Below are positions 13,901-26,732 of a stretch of 64,000 bases of DNA, piece by piece. Below the pieces are notes generated by a model, which saw nothing but the letters and a program-made list of their open reading frames with translations, did not search any database and was not told where the DNA came from. Source of the stretch: Lama glama. Taxonomy: Eukaryota. Within the stretch, counting starts at the first letter, position 1, and each line of letters opens with the position of its first letter. The position numbers and the translations under genes are program-made. The stretch is from NCBI GenBank assembly GCA_028534125.1, contig CM052832.1, positions 18,850,001 through 18,914,000 on the forward strand, given 5' to 3'.

Positions 13901-15733
13901 AATCACTCTCTCTGGCATGATGTGTAGAAAGGGCAACAAGAGAAGTGACTCATTTGCACGAAGGTTCACATTCCGGAGACGGCGGCACAAACATTGCACA
14001 GTACCATGACAGGGAGACGTGACCACGTTTCTTCTTAAGCATCCCATCATCTCCGGGTTGGGAACTGGGCGTAATGGGGAGCAGAGCTCAAGTGAACTAG
14101 TCAGGGAGCACGTAATGGCTTTCCTGACTGCAGTAATCACTCTGACCAAAGCAGAGTCCAGTCCAAGTGGCTGCAGCTGGCCATTCTCCCTCCCTTGCTG
14201 CACGACGGTTATTGATTCCTGCATCCTGCACAAAGCTAAATTAAAGATGCACTATGTCAGATAAGGCTGCTGAGTAAAGAGACTCCGCAGGCCCCCGAGA
14301 AAACCATCTTAGACTTGAGATTTGTACCGCGGGCCTGGGTCATTTACTAGGCAACTATTCTGTGTCTACCACGAAAATATCTCTACTAGAGGTGGGGGCA
14401 CTCCATACAAAAGGACAACAAGGAACTCGTCCTAGGCTCTTGAGTAGTTGTCTGTCTCCTCCAGGATACTAATCTGAGGATAAGAGAATCCTGACTACGT
14501 TCCTGGTCGGGTCCTTTTAAGCTGGGCTTGAAAACAAGCACTGGCCCACATTCCCAGACTCTATTACCCTGATGGAACTCAGCCAACCTTCCGAGCACAA
14601 TGTAAAATGTTCTGTATCTCCACTCACTCCCCTCTAGAGGGATGTGTGTGAAGGAATCCAACAGATTTGCTGCATGAAAGTACTTGTATCCTCTTCCAGG
14701 TTTTAACAGGAAAGAGAGGGAAGAAGGGGTGACTAGAGGAATAAGAGAGGTGCCAACGAACTGGATAGGGTTGATGTCAATAGTTCAAACTGGATAGAAA
14801 TTTCTTTAGGCCCACTGAATTTTCAGCAAATGATTCACAAAGTTGATTTCAACACTCGACTACCTGTACTTTCATTGTTGTTGGTGTTTTTGAGGGTTTT
14901 TTTTGTTTTGTTTTGTTGTTTTTTTAAGGCTCTAACTCTTAGCACCTCTCTCAAAAGAGATGGTACTGAGATGCCTTAACAGGAAATGCTAAGAGAAAAT
15001 GTTATTGGAGTCAAAGCAATAGGTCCTTGGAACGGACATGGTGGGTTGGTCTCTTTGGTCTGGCACAAGGAAGTGAAGCAAGGTCTGGGGTTTTCTGAAA
15101 TATGCTCTGTGCATATTTGTTTTGGGCAAGTCAACGAGACATGCTGAAATGAACAGCTCCATCTCCCACACTTTCCTGTGACGTTAACTTCAATTGTCTA
15201 TCGGGATCCCACGTGGAGAGTGTTTTTAAATGACGAGGCGGGGGCCACCCTGGTGCTTCTGAGGCAGGGCCGGGCTGACAGTCTCCACTTTAAGGGAGCG
15301 GCGTGCTAGGCGGCCTGCCTGCAGGGACCACCCAGTCTCCTAATAGGAGTGGATATTTGCTGGGCTCCTCCAGGTGACAGGAAGAGACATATACTGAAGC
15401 TGCCTCACTGAATGATGGTCTAACGTGAGGATACCTAGGGCACTAAGCAAGAATGGGAACCCTATGAGCAGCTGCCCAGTTGGGTCTTGTAGAAAATGAA
15501 AACATACTGTTCTGAGACATGTTCAATAGTCTGATTCACTACTCAGCTTTGGAATCACCCTTCAAAAGCAGCTTTCAGGGCTCGGCCACCCTCTTCCTGC
15601 TTCTGCTGTTCGTGCCACAGCTGGCTCATAATGGCCTCTGCACGCTCCCCGGCTTCTGCTTGCACAAAGGCTTTTACTGGCTCGTGCCTCCCACCTTCTT
15701 CTGTTTCTGTGTCTCAGACTCCCAAGAGGAAGA

Positions 15734-15833
15734 GTTTTTTGTTTGTTTTTTTAATGGAGGTACTGGGGATTGAACTCAGGACTTCATGCTTACTAAGCAT
15801 GCGCTCTACCACTGAGCGATACCCTCCCCCACC
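15734..15833 (-). mobile_element. tRNA-Ala-derived SINE (Vic-1-like)
   Basis: Reverse-complement tRNA head; 13-bp TSD CCCAAGAGGAAGA at 15721-15733 and 15834-15846. Confidence 0.92.
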
Positions 15834-16204
15834 CCCAAGAGGAAGAATGTCTATCTGATACTGGTCAGCCTTGTTGGGCAGAGCTGCGAGGGACAGGCTG
15901 TTGGGTGGCCTACAGAGGCTGACCTTGGGAGGTCATGGCCATCCTGAGTTTAATCAGCTGTGGCCAAGGCGTGGGGATTCTGGTCGCAAGCACAGGGATG
16001 CTAAGGAAAAGACCCCCTCAAAAGGAAGGCGTGGACATTTTGTACTCTCAGAGGGGACCACTATGACCAGCAGACGCCCGGCATGACCTGCCTAGTAAAA
16101 GTCATTTTCCTAAGCAGATTCCAAAGTTCTGTATCTGGCAGCTTTTACACATTTCTCAACAAGGCTTATTCTACAGGTATCCAGTAGTAGTAAAGAATCT
16201 AACC

Positions 16205-16392
16205 CAGTGTTTCTCAAATTTCAGTTTGCATCCAAATCACCTGAAGGGCCTGTTAAAATGGATCACTGGGCCCTACTCCCAGGGTCTTCATTTCAGTGGC
16301 TCTGGATAGGGCTCCTATGAATTTGTGTTTCTAACAAGTTCCCCAGTGATGTTCATGCTGCTGTTCTCAGGACCACATATTGAGAACCAGCA
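16205..16392. mobile_element. MER5A DNA transposon relic
   Basis: cagtgtttctcaaa...aatcacctgaagggcctgttaaaa...tttctaacaagttcccc...ggaccacatattgagaacca. Confidence 0.85.
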
Positions 16393-16680
16393 ACCAAACC
16401 AATAGGTTTTTTGGGTTTTTTCCAGACCAATGGTTTTTAAACTGAGTGTCTTAAAATAAGACAAACTTCTGCTTTGGGGCAATCTGTTATTTTTGTTTTA
16501 TATAAAGGTATCTAAATACTTCAAAAATAAGTATTTTAAAGTGCCTACGGATTTTTAAGTAAATTAAACATAGCTGTATTATAGAAGTTGTAAATTTTCA
16601 GACTTGAATATAACTTTGTCAGCTAAGTATGACACGATATGCGTTTGCTCGTTGACATTTCAGGACCCGCTGCTCTAAAT

Positions 16681-16880
16681 CAGTGGTTCTCAACTGGGGG
16701 GCAATTCTGCCACCCAGAGAACATCTCATAAAGTCTGGAGGCATTTTTATTTGTCACAGTTGAGGGAAGGTTGTGAAGCTGCTGGCATCCAGTGGGCAGA
16801 AGCAGGGATGATACTAAACATCCTATAAAGCACAGGCAGCCTTACAACAAAGAATCACTGGGTCCAAAATGTCAAGAATA
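16681..16880. mobile_element. MER20 DNA transposon relic
   Basis: cagtggttctcaactgggggg...tgtcacagttg...ctggcatccagtgggcagaagcagggatgatactaaacatccta...ccaaaatgtcaa. Confidence 0.85.
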
Positions 16881-17199
16881 GTACACGCACTGAAAGTAGT
16901 ACATATGTTAAGAAAAAAAACCTTAAAGATTTTTTTTCAAAATCGAAGTCCCCTCTTATAAGAGCAGTAGAGTGAAAAAATCCTAAACCCAATGTGGAGA
17001 CAGCCAATGCTGGCTTAAAGAGCTCTGAGCAGAGAAAACACTGCAATAGGTCTCTTGCACAGGGCTGGGAAAAGATGCAAAGAAGTACTTCCTTTGGAAT
17101 ATCTTTGTCTATGGATACAGAGCCAGATTCTCATATTCAGAGCACTTAGCACATCTTACTGACCCCCCAACAGCAACAACAGTTAAGACCTCTCGATGA

Positions 17200-17372
17200 C
17201 TTATTATTTGCCAGACGCTACTTAAAATATTTTTTATATAGATGTCTGCTTTAATTTTCAAAACAAGTCTACGACATAGGTTCTATTATTCCACCCATTT
17301 TATGGATGAGGAAAGTGAAGTTAGTTAGACAGCAGGAAAACAGTAGTTTTAGGATTCAAACCCAGGCAGATG
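17200..17372 (-). mobile_element. MIR SINE
   Basis: cccattttatggatgaggaaagtgaag...ggattcaaacccaggcag. Confidence 0.65.
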
Positions 17373-19044
17373 GATCCAATTACACAGAGAAAGCTGCTAA
17401 AAGAGAAGGAACTATAAAATGTCTGTGAAGATATTTAAAAAGCAAAAAGGTCATCCCTGAATCTCAGGCTAACTACACCACAAGCATTACTCTCTGGAAT
17501 ATTAAAGTATGGAGCCCAACTCTGATGCATAGAGAAACTGGCTCTTCCCGGAGAATATAGAGACAACCAAAAAGGACCCGAGTGTGAAGGCCTCCTGTAC
17601 ACACAGCACTGCTGACAACACTGTTTCAGCTCCATGGACAACCCGCATGTGTCAGATGCAAAGACAGAAGCTTCATTAAGTCGCAGCAGTGAGAACTCAC
17701 AATGGGAGGATGCTTAAGAAGCTGTAAGTGACAAAGTGCTAATAGCCTCTCCTTTGCTCCAGATGTTTTGTTTTAAGTAACACCAGACAGGGGAGATTGG
17801 ATCAACTTCTTGCATCCAGGCCTTGTGAAGAGAGAGAGAGAAATATTGAACAGAGACACCCAGCATGTTCCTCACAGAAACCACTTAGTAGTAGTGTAGA
17901 ATGAAGGGGGAATGAGCGGGTGGAGTTAAAAGGCTATTTCAACTCCAAAGGTCTTTTTCGAGAGGCAAACTGTTGAAAAGGAAACAGTTCCCAGAGCTTC
18001 ACAGTTAATTCACAAATGATGAATACTGAGGGGACAAGAGTTCTGATAAGGAGCAGGACGCCCCGACGATTTAAATGGAAACATCCATACAAACAAGCCA
18101 AGCATCGAATGAACTAAGCCTTTCTCTGCAACCTGGTTTTGATTTTCATCAGCACAAGCAGTGCCTGTGATTCAGCGAACTGAGTTGTACAAAAAGTTTC
18201 CCCAGACTGCAACATTTTTGGTCCTCCAAGGATGCAGGCAAAGAATAGAAACTGGTCCAGGGCGACTTAGAAGAAAAGGAGCTGGAATGATCTGAGTGCC
18301 AAACTGACCTGTCCAAGAACCACAAGCACTTCTCCCCCCCGTCTCAGTTTCATTCCCATGCCTACATGGTATGATATAATCTTTTGGTTGCCAGTGACAA
18401 CCGATTTAGGACAGATGAATTCAGGAAACTGAAAATGCCCACGGGTAACACATAACCACCCAGCCTGGACATCACCAGCCACACTTTAGCTCAGATTCAA
18501 CAAGACAGTGTCGTGAGGTGCCAGGGAGGCAGGAATCAAATCACAGAGAGACTATCTTAAAAGAGACTCTGCAAGATTTCTGAAATCTCAGCAACCTCCC
18601 CACCTCTGGTTCTCTCATTTTCCCTCATCTGTTCCATACAGGGACTGGAACCGTAACTCTGAAGATGTGCTTCTGTGCTTGTTTTCTGCTAAGCAAATAA
18701 CAGGGGGGTAACAAGTGGGGGGTGGGGGGTTCCCCTCAGAAACCTCATCCCACCTGCCAGTCTCGGAAAGAAAGACAACCACAAGCAACGTGGTACACAA
18801 GGGCAGCGCTGAAAGGAGAGGAATGCAGGCTGCACCCTGGAGGGATCACCAAGGGAGAGAGGGCTCCAGGAGCAGCTCACTGGGGCGGGGAGCCAGGGGT
18901 CCTCGTGAACTAGACACACCCCTGTAGTGGGGAGGGGCAGAGTCAGGGAAAGGGTGAGGAAGTGCAGAAGAGAAGTGGGAAGTGAAGGACTCCTCTACAG
19001 ATGCAGTGGGAAGGACATATGACTTAAGGCTATTGCGGGGGGTG

Positions 19045-19200
19045 GGGGCAGGTATAGCTCAGTGGTACAGTGCTTGCTTAGCATGCACGAGGTCCTGGAT
19101 TCAATCTTCAGCACCTCCATTAAAAAGATAAAAAAGTAAATAAAACCTAATTACCTTACCCTCCCAAAGAAATTTTTTTTAATTTAAAAAAATTAAAAAG
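19045..19200 (+). mobile_element. tRNA-Ala-derived SINE (Vic-1-like)
   Basis: ggtatagctcagtggtacagtgcttgcttagcatgcacgaggtcctggattcaatc... followed by the aaacctaattacc extension and an A-rich tail. Confidence 0.9.
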
Positions 19201-20643
19201 AGATGTATTGTTGGCTACACAGATGAAGTCAATTGCCTTCAGGACAGCCTGAGAGAAAAAGTTATGTCTCCTTTCCTCACAATACTAAAATATCTTTTAA
19301 GATGCCAGTACATGCACACTGGCTTAGGGTTCTCCCTAACCACAGCTGGTCCAATGAAGTACCAGAGGCCTTATCAGTAGCAAATCTGCTCAACTACCAT
19401 TTATCAGGGCACTCAAGGACCCAAGGTAAGGAAGTCTTGGGACCAGGGCAAAGTTCCAAGATCTGAATGGCATAGTGCAGTCTCACACCGAGCTGGGGTT
19501 CAGCAAAGGAAAAGCTATGGCTGATTGAAGAGAAGCCAAGTCAGGGATAATCAAGAGCTGTGACTCTGGAACGCCATCAGCAGCCACCAGCAAACACCCA
19601 GAGCCACAGGACTTCATGCCTACAAACTTACTGCAGTAGAAGAAAACACAGCCACGCAGGCAGACCTAAAAGAGCCCTGAATACAAGAAAAAAGTTTGCC
19701 TCAGGAGCTAAGGGCCAAGGAGCACTTGCCTAAGAAATACAAGGACTTAAAAAAAGAAAAAGAAAAAAACAGTCAGTCTGCTAAGTAGACTTTTTTAAAG
19801 ACAATAAAATTAACAAGGTGGAAAGATGATTCTCTATTGAGACTTTCAGAATAGCAATCAGGTGAAAAACACATCATTTTAAAAAGTCCATCAGGCAGCA
19901 AGAAGTCCACTTCAGGAGTTTATCCAAGAAAAATAAATGTGAGGATGTACATATTCATAAGACAAAATATTAGAAGCAACTTAATGATCTCATAAGTGTT
20001 AGATAAATTATGGTGCACCTCTCAGGTGGAATGGCCTGCCATACAAAAATTCATACCATGAACACACAGTCTTGTCATGGAAAGCTTTGACCTCAAAAAT
20101 TAAAAGTCAACTACGAAATAGTATTCGTGATTCCATTCGTAAATTGTATCATGTAGTTTATGTATATTAGCACAGGAAATTGTGGGAAACACTTACTGAT
20201 ATTTTTTCCAATGATTGCATCCAAATTGATAGGACTAGGTGATGCTTTGGCTTAGCCTTCTTATATTTCATAGCTTGTTAGTGATGCAAATACCATAGAT
20301 ACTTCCAAAATTTTAAAAACAAAAAGAAAACTTTTATTTGGCCAAGCCACGTGCAGCTGGTAGTCTTCACTTGGCACCTTGATCGATGCTTCCTACAGGG
20401 TCTGGAGAACAGATTCTGTGATGCCACACACTACAGTCCCCCCTCTGAAAGGCACAGTCCACAGAAGCCCAGTAAAGACTCTGAGAAAATCTGTTTTCTT
20501 CAGCTGGAAAAAAACTGTTTATTCAGTTTAACAGTGTTTGCCAAACATTTGTGATCCCCAAACACCTACAGTTTAAAAGGCTCACTGGTGAAGTAGGATG
20601 AGTCCAAAGTGAGATGATCAGAACAGTGAAAAGTCAGAAAGCA

Positions 20644-20789
20644 GGGGGAGGGTACAGCTCAAAGTGGCAGAGTGCATGCTTAGTGCACACGAGGTCCTGG
20701 GTTCGATCCCCAGTACCTCCTCTAAAGAAAAGTAAATAAATAAACTTAATTACCTCCCTCCCCCACCAAAAAAAAAAAACTAAAAAATG
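20644..20789 (+). mobile_element. tRNA-Ala-derived SINE (Vic-1-like)
   Basis: tRNA head with B box GGTTCGATCCC; TSD AGTCAGAAAGCA at 20632-20643 and 20790-20801. Confidence 0.92.
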
Positions 20790-21739
20790 AGTCAGAAAGC
20801 AATGTCCTCTAAGGATTAAGACTCGCAGGAAGTGAGCATATTTCACCTGACTAGAAGACAAAGGAAAAACATGACAACTGTCTTCAAATACTTGACCTGC
20901 ACTCATGTAGGAGGGAGCAAAATCGTCCTGTGATTTTTCCAGTAAAGCCAGTAATTTACACTAGAATGAATGCAGAGAAGCTACTGGGAAACAAATTCCA
21001 GCCCAAACCAAGAAAGGACTTTCTGAGACTCTTGTATCACTGGAAATACTGAAGCAAAAAGTGGATACCCAGCTATCAGAGATGCTACAGAAACAACTTC
21101 TTATAGGCTAGGATGCGTGCTTAGATGGCCATCAAAAAGCCTCCAGCCCAAAGATCCTCTGGGCAGCAATCTAGGAGGGCAAGGTCTGAACAAACTTCCC
21201 CAGAGTCAGCTTAAGTCCGTCTGTCCACACCAGATTCTGCCTGGAGGACATGCCCATTCATCCCAGTCAATGCCCATGTCTCCTGAGACCCCCAAAGCCC
21301 AGGAATCAGTAGGAACAGATACCTGTTTTTTAGCACGAACTCAGCATATTCATTTCAAACCCCTGCCGCAGGCTGGAGATGCTGTAAGTACAGCTCAGGG
21401 CTTTTGTACATCCCTGCTTTTACCTCTGAGAGGACTTGTTGTGCAACTGAAGTCTCTGAAGAGTCCCAGACATCTGCTGGCCAAAGTTCATAAAGAGATA
21501 ATGTTTCCAAAAAAGACAAATTCTCTCCCAAGCAACCAAGATGAGAGAAAGGACCCAGTGGGTGAAAGTGAGCAGACTGTTTTATTTACACACACACACC
21601 CCCAACTCCAAGCGTCCTCTCCTTTTATTTTACCCCTCTTTACTCAAAGAACTGCAGAAAGTGATACAGTGAGAGAGGGAGGGATTGACAGGGAGAGGGA
21701 GAGAGAGAATAGAGCAGGAGAACACAGAGTTAAACAAAT

Positions 21740-21903
21740 GTCTACTGTAGAGCACAGGGAACTCCATTCAATACCTTGTGGTAACCTATAATAAGAAATG
21801 ATATGAGAAGTATTATATGCATGTATATGTATGACTGAAGCATTATGCTGTACACCAGGAGCTGATGCAACATTGTAAACTGACCATATGTCAATTAAAA
21901 AAC
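21740..21903 (+). mobile_element. L1 3' UTR fragment
   Basis: ctactgtagagcacagggaactccattcaatacc...gctgtacaccagga...tcaattaaaa. Confidence 0.8.
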
Positions 21904-24583
21904 TGTCTAGAAGAACAAAGATTTAGACAACAATAGGCCCAATATATATCAATCCAAATCCCTGCATCCTGTTAAAAGATAAAGAATCCTTTTAGAAATG
22001 GGAGGATGATCAGGAGGGAACAGTTCTATCCTTCATCAGATTTTAGTTGCATTTACAATCTACTTTAACAATAGATATTAAGAGTGTTTCTAGAAAAATG
22101 AAACAAAGATATTATCGTAACTTTTTGTTTTGTTTTCTCTGTACCCTATTTCATAACTATGGAAAAAAGTTATCTTTTGCATAGTTATAAAATAAGTAAC
22201 TTTTTAACTTAGTTACCTACTGATCTCCCAATTCATTGCATATTCTGGTTAGATTTCCTGGCCCCTCCCGCTCCACAATGCCTCCTTCACACTACTTGAA
22301 GAACACTCCCTCTCCTCCCCAGTGTACCTAAATGCCCTGGTCCCAGGGTGCCTAAGTCCCAGAGGCTGAAAAGAGGATCTTTTTAAGAACAATGAAAAGT
22401 TACACCAAGCCTGGTGTATGTTCAAGGCTTCTTGTTCAAGGTCATTTGACTCGCCTATCCTAACTACAAAAGAAACTGGGGCAGATGCAGATGAGAAAGT
22501 AGAATGTAAATGCAGCTCAGGTAACAAGTTCAAACTGGCCAGAAAGAACTGCCCCCTGCAAACACATGCCCAGAGCCCGAGCCTGCTCCGACCCCCTACC
22601 CAGAGATCAGTGGGAGCCGACTCCAGTTCTGAGTTGGGGTAAATTCCGAAGCCCTCAAATATGGATTCTTTTATTTTGAATTTCCCACAACTTTGCCAGG
22701 ACCCTTGGCAAGAAAGAGTGGTCTCGATAGCCACTCCTGAAGATCGTTTCAATGTTGCTGTTTTCTAAAGCTCAGTTTTCTGGACTCATGTAACTTCACC
22801 CAGGTGCTTTGAAAATTACCTATGCAATGAATTGTAAGTGATCCTTAAAAGCTGAGACTCCTAACAGTTCCACAAAGAGAACTGTTCGAATTACCCAACA
22901 ACTGGTACAAGAGCCTCCTGCAGAGGGAAGTAAACTCATAGGACTCAAACAATGATTTTTCAACAGTATTTCTTCAGAAGCCACTGCAATCTACAAACAT
23001 CTGATGTGAATTTCATTCTTACATCAATTTTAACTGCTGGAGTAAAACACAAACACATGATTTGACGTTACACAAAATTTAACTTGTTTGAGATCAACAA
23101 TGAGGTAAGCTGTGCTGTCAGGATAATCCACTTTTGTGCAGAACTCAGGATACAGCTTCTCCTGACATCTCTATTTACTTGGAAAGCATCCTGAGATTGC
23201 AAAACAAGCTATTTTAAAAACTGTGATATTTGTACTATTTCACGGGTAAATAGGGGTCCTCTCTATTATGCTGCCAAAACAAAATCTAATCCTCTCTTCT
23301 ATTTCTAAGCTATGGTCATCAAAACAGCCTCACTGAAATCACTGATGGCGTTTATGCCAGTATTTTGGATTCTTAACTATAAACCTGCAAAACACACTTA
23401 TACTCATAAAATAGCACTATTTTATTGGTTCCACAGAAAATTATGTGTCTTTATAAAGCACAATTGGTTTTTAAAAAGTCTAAGAACCATCAGCTAAGGT
23501 TGATGTCACTTGAGCTGTAAAAACACAAATTCCAGCGTGAATATTTGTCTGAGAAGTGACTATGCCACAGGTCATGCTGCTGAATCAAGCTGAGTATTAG
23601 AGACGCGGGAATTAGGAAAATATTAAACAGACTAGCCATGCAAAGTGAGCACGGCCTCGTGTGAAAGAACAATGCTTTCCAAATTAGAGACTATCTGAGA
23701 TTTAAAATAATTCATGATGGTGTGGGTCAGATGCTTATAAAATTTTTAAGTGAGAGTGAGATATTTCATTTTTAATGCAGTTTTTTTAATAAGCAGGTAG
23801 GAGTAGAATTTATATTTTAAGGAAAGACAGCACTGCCACCAAAGTGTTTTAAGGGCACATGTTACCCCAAATAATATCCCTTTTATTTATCATTTTTAAA
23901 GTTAACAAGTTATTCCTATCAAGCCTCATTAAGATGCTCAAAAGTTATAATAGCCAAACAAGAAAAAATGTCAAAGAGACTCCAGATTAAGTTTTCAAAA
24001 GAAAATAAATGAACACTGGATGAATAATGATGTTTTTAAGGGAACAAGGGAACAAAGTGACATGGTTACATTGGCATACCACTTCCTGCTCAGTCTAATA
24101 AGAAAGAAGTCCTGCTTCTGGCCCATTTTACGAAGGATGTGGAAGAACAAGGAGTTGGCAACCCAAAGTCCAAAGTGAAACTGAAAAAACACATATCAGA
24201 CCAGGATGGAACATTTCGGAGCCACCATTCTGGAGAGCGCGGAGGCCACATTCCTCTCCCCCAGGCAAGCAACAGCAGCAGCGTGGGTGGGCAGAGGTTG
24301 CCAAGGACCTTTCTTCCTCCTGACAATATTTTTCTTTCAATTGTTAGTCCTCCAAAAAAATTTCCCAGGCAATACCAAATGCCACCACAGGTTTGGAGAG
24401 CCTAGATCACACACACATACACTGCTGGGAGGACTACACCATAATACAGCCGCTCTGGAAACTCATCTGACAGTTTCTCCTAAAATTAAACAGAAAATTC
24501 CTGTACCATCCCTCAGTTACACTCTTTGGCATTTAAAAGGGAGAAATGGAGACTTATGTTCACACAAAAACGTGGAAACAGCA

Positions 24584-24673
24584 GGGGGCGGAGGTATAGC
24601 TCAAGTGGCAGAGCGCATGCTTAGCATGCACAAGGTCCTGGGTTCAATCCCCCGTACCTCCATTAAAATAAAT
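24584..24673 (+). mobile_element. tRNA-Ala-derived SINE, tail runs into an assembly gap
   Basis: ggaggtatagctcaagtggcagagcgcatgcttagcatgcacaaggtcctgggttcaatcccccgtacctccattaaaataaat, then N. Confidence 0.9.
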
Positions 24674-25173
24674 NNNNNNNNNNNNNNNNNNNNNNNNNNN
24701 NNNNNNNNNNNNNNNNNNNNNNNNNNNNNNNNNNNNNNNNNNNNNNNNNNNNNNNNNNNNNNNNNNNNNNNNNNNNNNNNNNNNNNNNNNNNNNNNNNNN
24801 NNNNNNNNNNNNNNNNNNNNNNNNNNNNNNNNNNNNNNNNNNNNNNNNNNNNNNNNNNNNNNNNNNNNNNNNNNNNNNNNNNNNNNNNNNNNNNNNNNNN
24901 NNNNNNNNNNNNNNNNNNNNNNNNNNNNNNNNNNNNNNNNNNNNNNNNNNNNNNNNNNNNNNNNNNNNNNNNNNNNNNNNNNNNNNNNNNNNNNNNNNNN
25001 NNNNNNNNNNNNNNNNNNNNNNNNNNNNNNNNNNNNNNNNNNNNNNNNNNNNNNNNNNNNNNNNNNNNNNNNNNNNNNNNNNNNNNNNNNNNNNNNNNNN
25101 NNNNNNNNNNNNNNNNNNNNNNNNNNNNNNNNNNNNNNNNNNNNNNNNNNNNNNNNNNNNNNNNNNNNNNNNN
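24674..25173. other. Assembly gap (500 N)
   Basis: Run of exactly 500 N, probably a fixed-size placeholder. Confidence 0.99.
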
Positions 25174-26329
25174 AAAGACTCTGAATCAAAGCCATGCAGT
25201 AAAGACACCGGTTTATCCTTGTGTAACACCTGATTGCTATTTGACCACAGAACACTTTCCCTGCTGAACATTCTATCCTTTCTAATTTCTCTGGACCAGC
25301 ACATACCTTAGGAATTTTGGATCTTGTCAGTTGCACCCTATCCTGCTAAAAAGGTACCACAAATCATAAATAAATGCTGGCCTTATGATGAACTAAGTTC
25401 AACCTCTCAATAAAAGCAGTGGATATTTAATGGGCATTGGAAGGATGGGCATTTTCTGTGCCACTGAGAAAACTGTTGCTTTATTATTTTTTGAGTGTTT
25501 CTCATGTGCTAGGCATTGTGCTAAGTAAGCAGTGTTAAAAATACATCCGAGTCAATCTTCAAAGAAGCCATTTACAAACAGATACTCTTCTAAGGCCTGT
25601 TTCACGAGAGACAGGAATTGAGGTTTAACAACGTTATAAAGTGGCTGGGCTGCGGTGTGAACCAGGTGTGACTCCAAGGTCCAAGTCCTAAATGCTGAGC
25701 CCTTCTGCCTCCCTAAAGAGGGGAGGAGGAAGTTCAGCTGACGGGCACTGGAAACAGGTAGTGGGAAAAGACCTGTTTAACCAGTCCAACTTTACCTGAT
25801 ACCCAACTACAAGGAAAGGAATCAGCTTCACGCTGGCCATTCTCCACCCTGAACCCCTTGGTCCAGCTGTACTTAATCTGTTTCACTAACATGCTAAGCT
25901 CTCTACGGCTTCCAGGCATATTCTGTTTCCTTTGTCTAGAACATGTCTCTACTCTCTTCCTTTAGCAACTCTTATTCATCCACTGGGTGTCGGCTTCGGC
26001 TTCCCTCCATGCCCTCAGGACCGTGGGTCATGTGCTGCCCTAGCCCCCAATCATCCTGCTCATAGCACATGTCAAAGCACTGCCTGTTGAGATGTTGATC
26101 TCCCCAACTGGACTGAGCTCTGAATTCCAGGAAGTCAGAATCTGTCCATCTTGTACATACCATGTGTCTGGCCCACAATAGACACTCAACAACTATGGAA
26201 GAAATTGACGTATCAATCAAATTAACGCAGGGAGCACTAATCCTTCTAAGGTCGAAATCTTCTCCATCATTGGTTGAAAGTTTGCAACCACTGAGTAACA
26301 AGCCAAAGGAAGTTTTCTTTCTATTTGGA

Positions 26330-26575
26330 GCATAAGGGTGAAACAGCTAGACTCTGAGTGAGACAGATCTGGGTTCAAATCTCAGCTCTGTCATTAAATA
26401 GCTAGACAGCCTGAAGCAAGTTACTCTAGCCTCTCCAAATCTCAGTTTCCCCAAATGCAGATGTAAATAGTGTCTACCTCAGAGGGCTGCCGTGAGATTG
26501 AATAAGGCGATGTATAATTAAGTGTTCAGCAGAGCGCCTAGCATTTGGTCCCTGTTCAATAAACAGTAGCTCTTA
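26330..26575 (+). mobile_element. MIR SINE, near full length
   Basis: agactctgag...ctgggttcaaatctcagctctg...tcagtttccccaaatgcag...ctacctcagagggctg...caataaacagtagct. Confidence 0.85.
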
Positions 26576-26630
26576 TGACCATGAGAAGAAGGAAGATGAA
26601 GAAAAACGCTCTACAAAAGATAAGCGATGT

Positions 26631-26732
26631 GGGGAGGGTATAGCTCACTGGTGGAGCACGTGCCCAGCATGCACAAGGTTCTGGGTTCAATCCCCAGAAT
26701 CTCCATTAAAATAAATAAATAAATATTTTTTT
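26631..26732 (+). mobile_element. tRNA-Ala-derived SINE (Vic-1-like)
   Basis: ggggagggtatagctcactggtggagcacgtg...; flanking direct repeat AAAAGATAAGC at 26615-26625 and 26733-26743. Confidence 0.9.

Noticed and set aside
21117..21791. 224-aa + strand ORF
   Set aside because: Non-ATG start, no recognisable domain, includes (CA)n/(GA)n repeats and ends in an L1 fragment.
22249..22752. 167-aa minus-strand ORF as an extra CARMIL1 exon or retrocopy
   Set aside because: No similarity to CARMIL1 or any protein I recognise, and no poly(A) or TSD.
24590..24662. tRNA-Ala(AGC) gene (this copy and the other tRNA-like copies)
   Set aside because: It has A and B boxes and a perfectly paired acceptor stem. 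However, the anticodon and T stems are mismatched, the Ala G3:U70 identity pair is missing, and an A-rich tail follows. Sister copies have TSDs, so these are SINEs.
24206..25336. 353/230/213-aa ORFs
   Set aside because: Artefacts of translating the 500-N gap; the same applies to the ORFs at 52005-52571 and 61414-61635.
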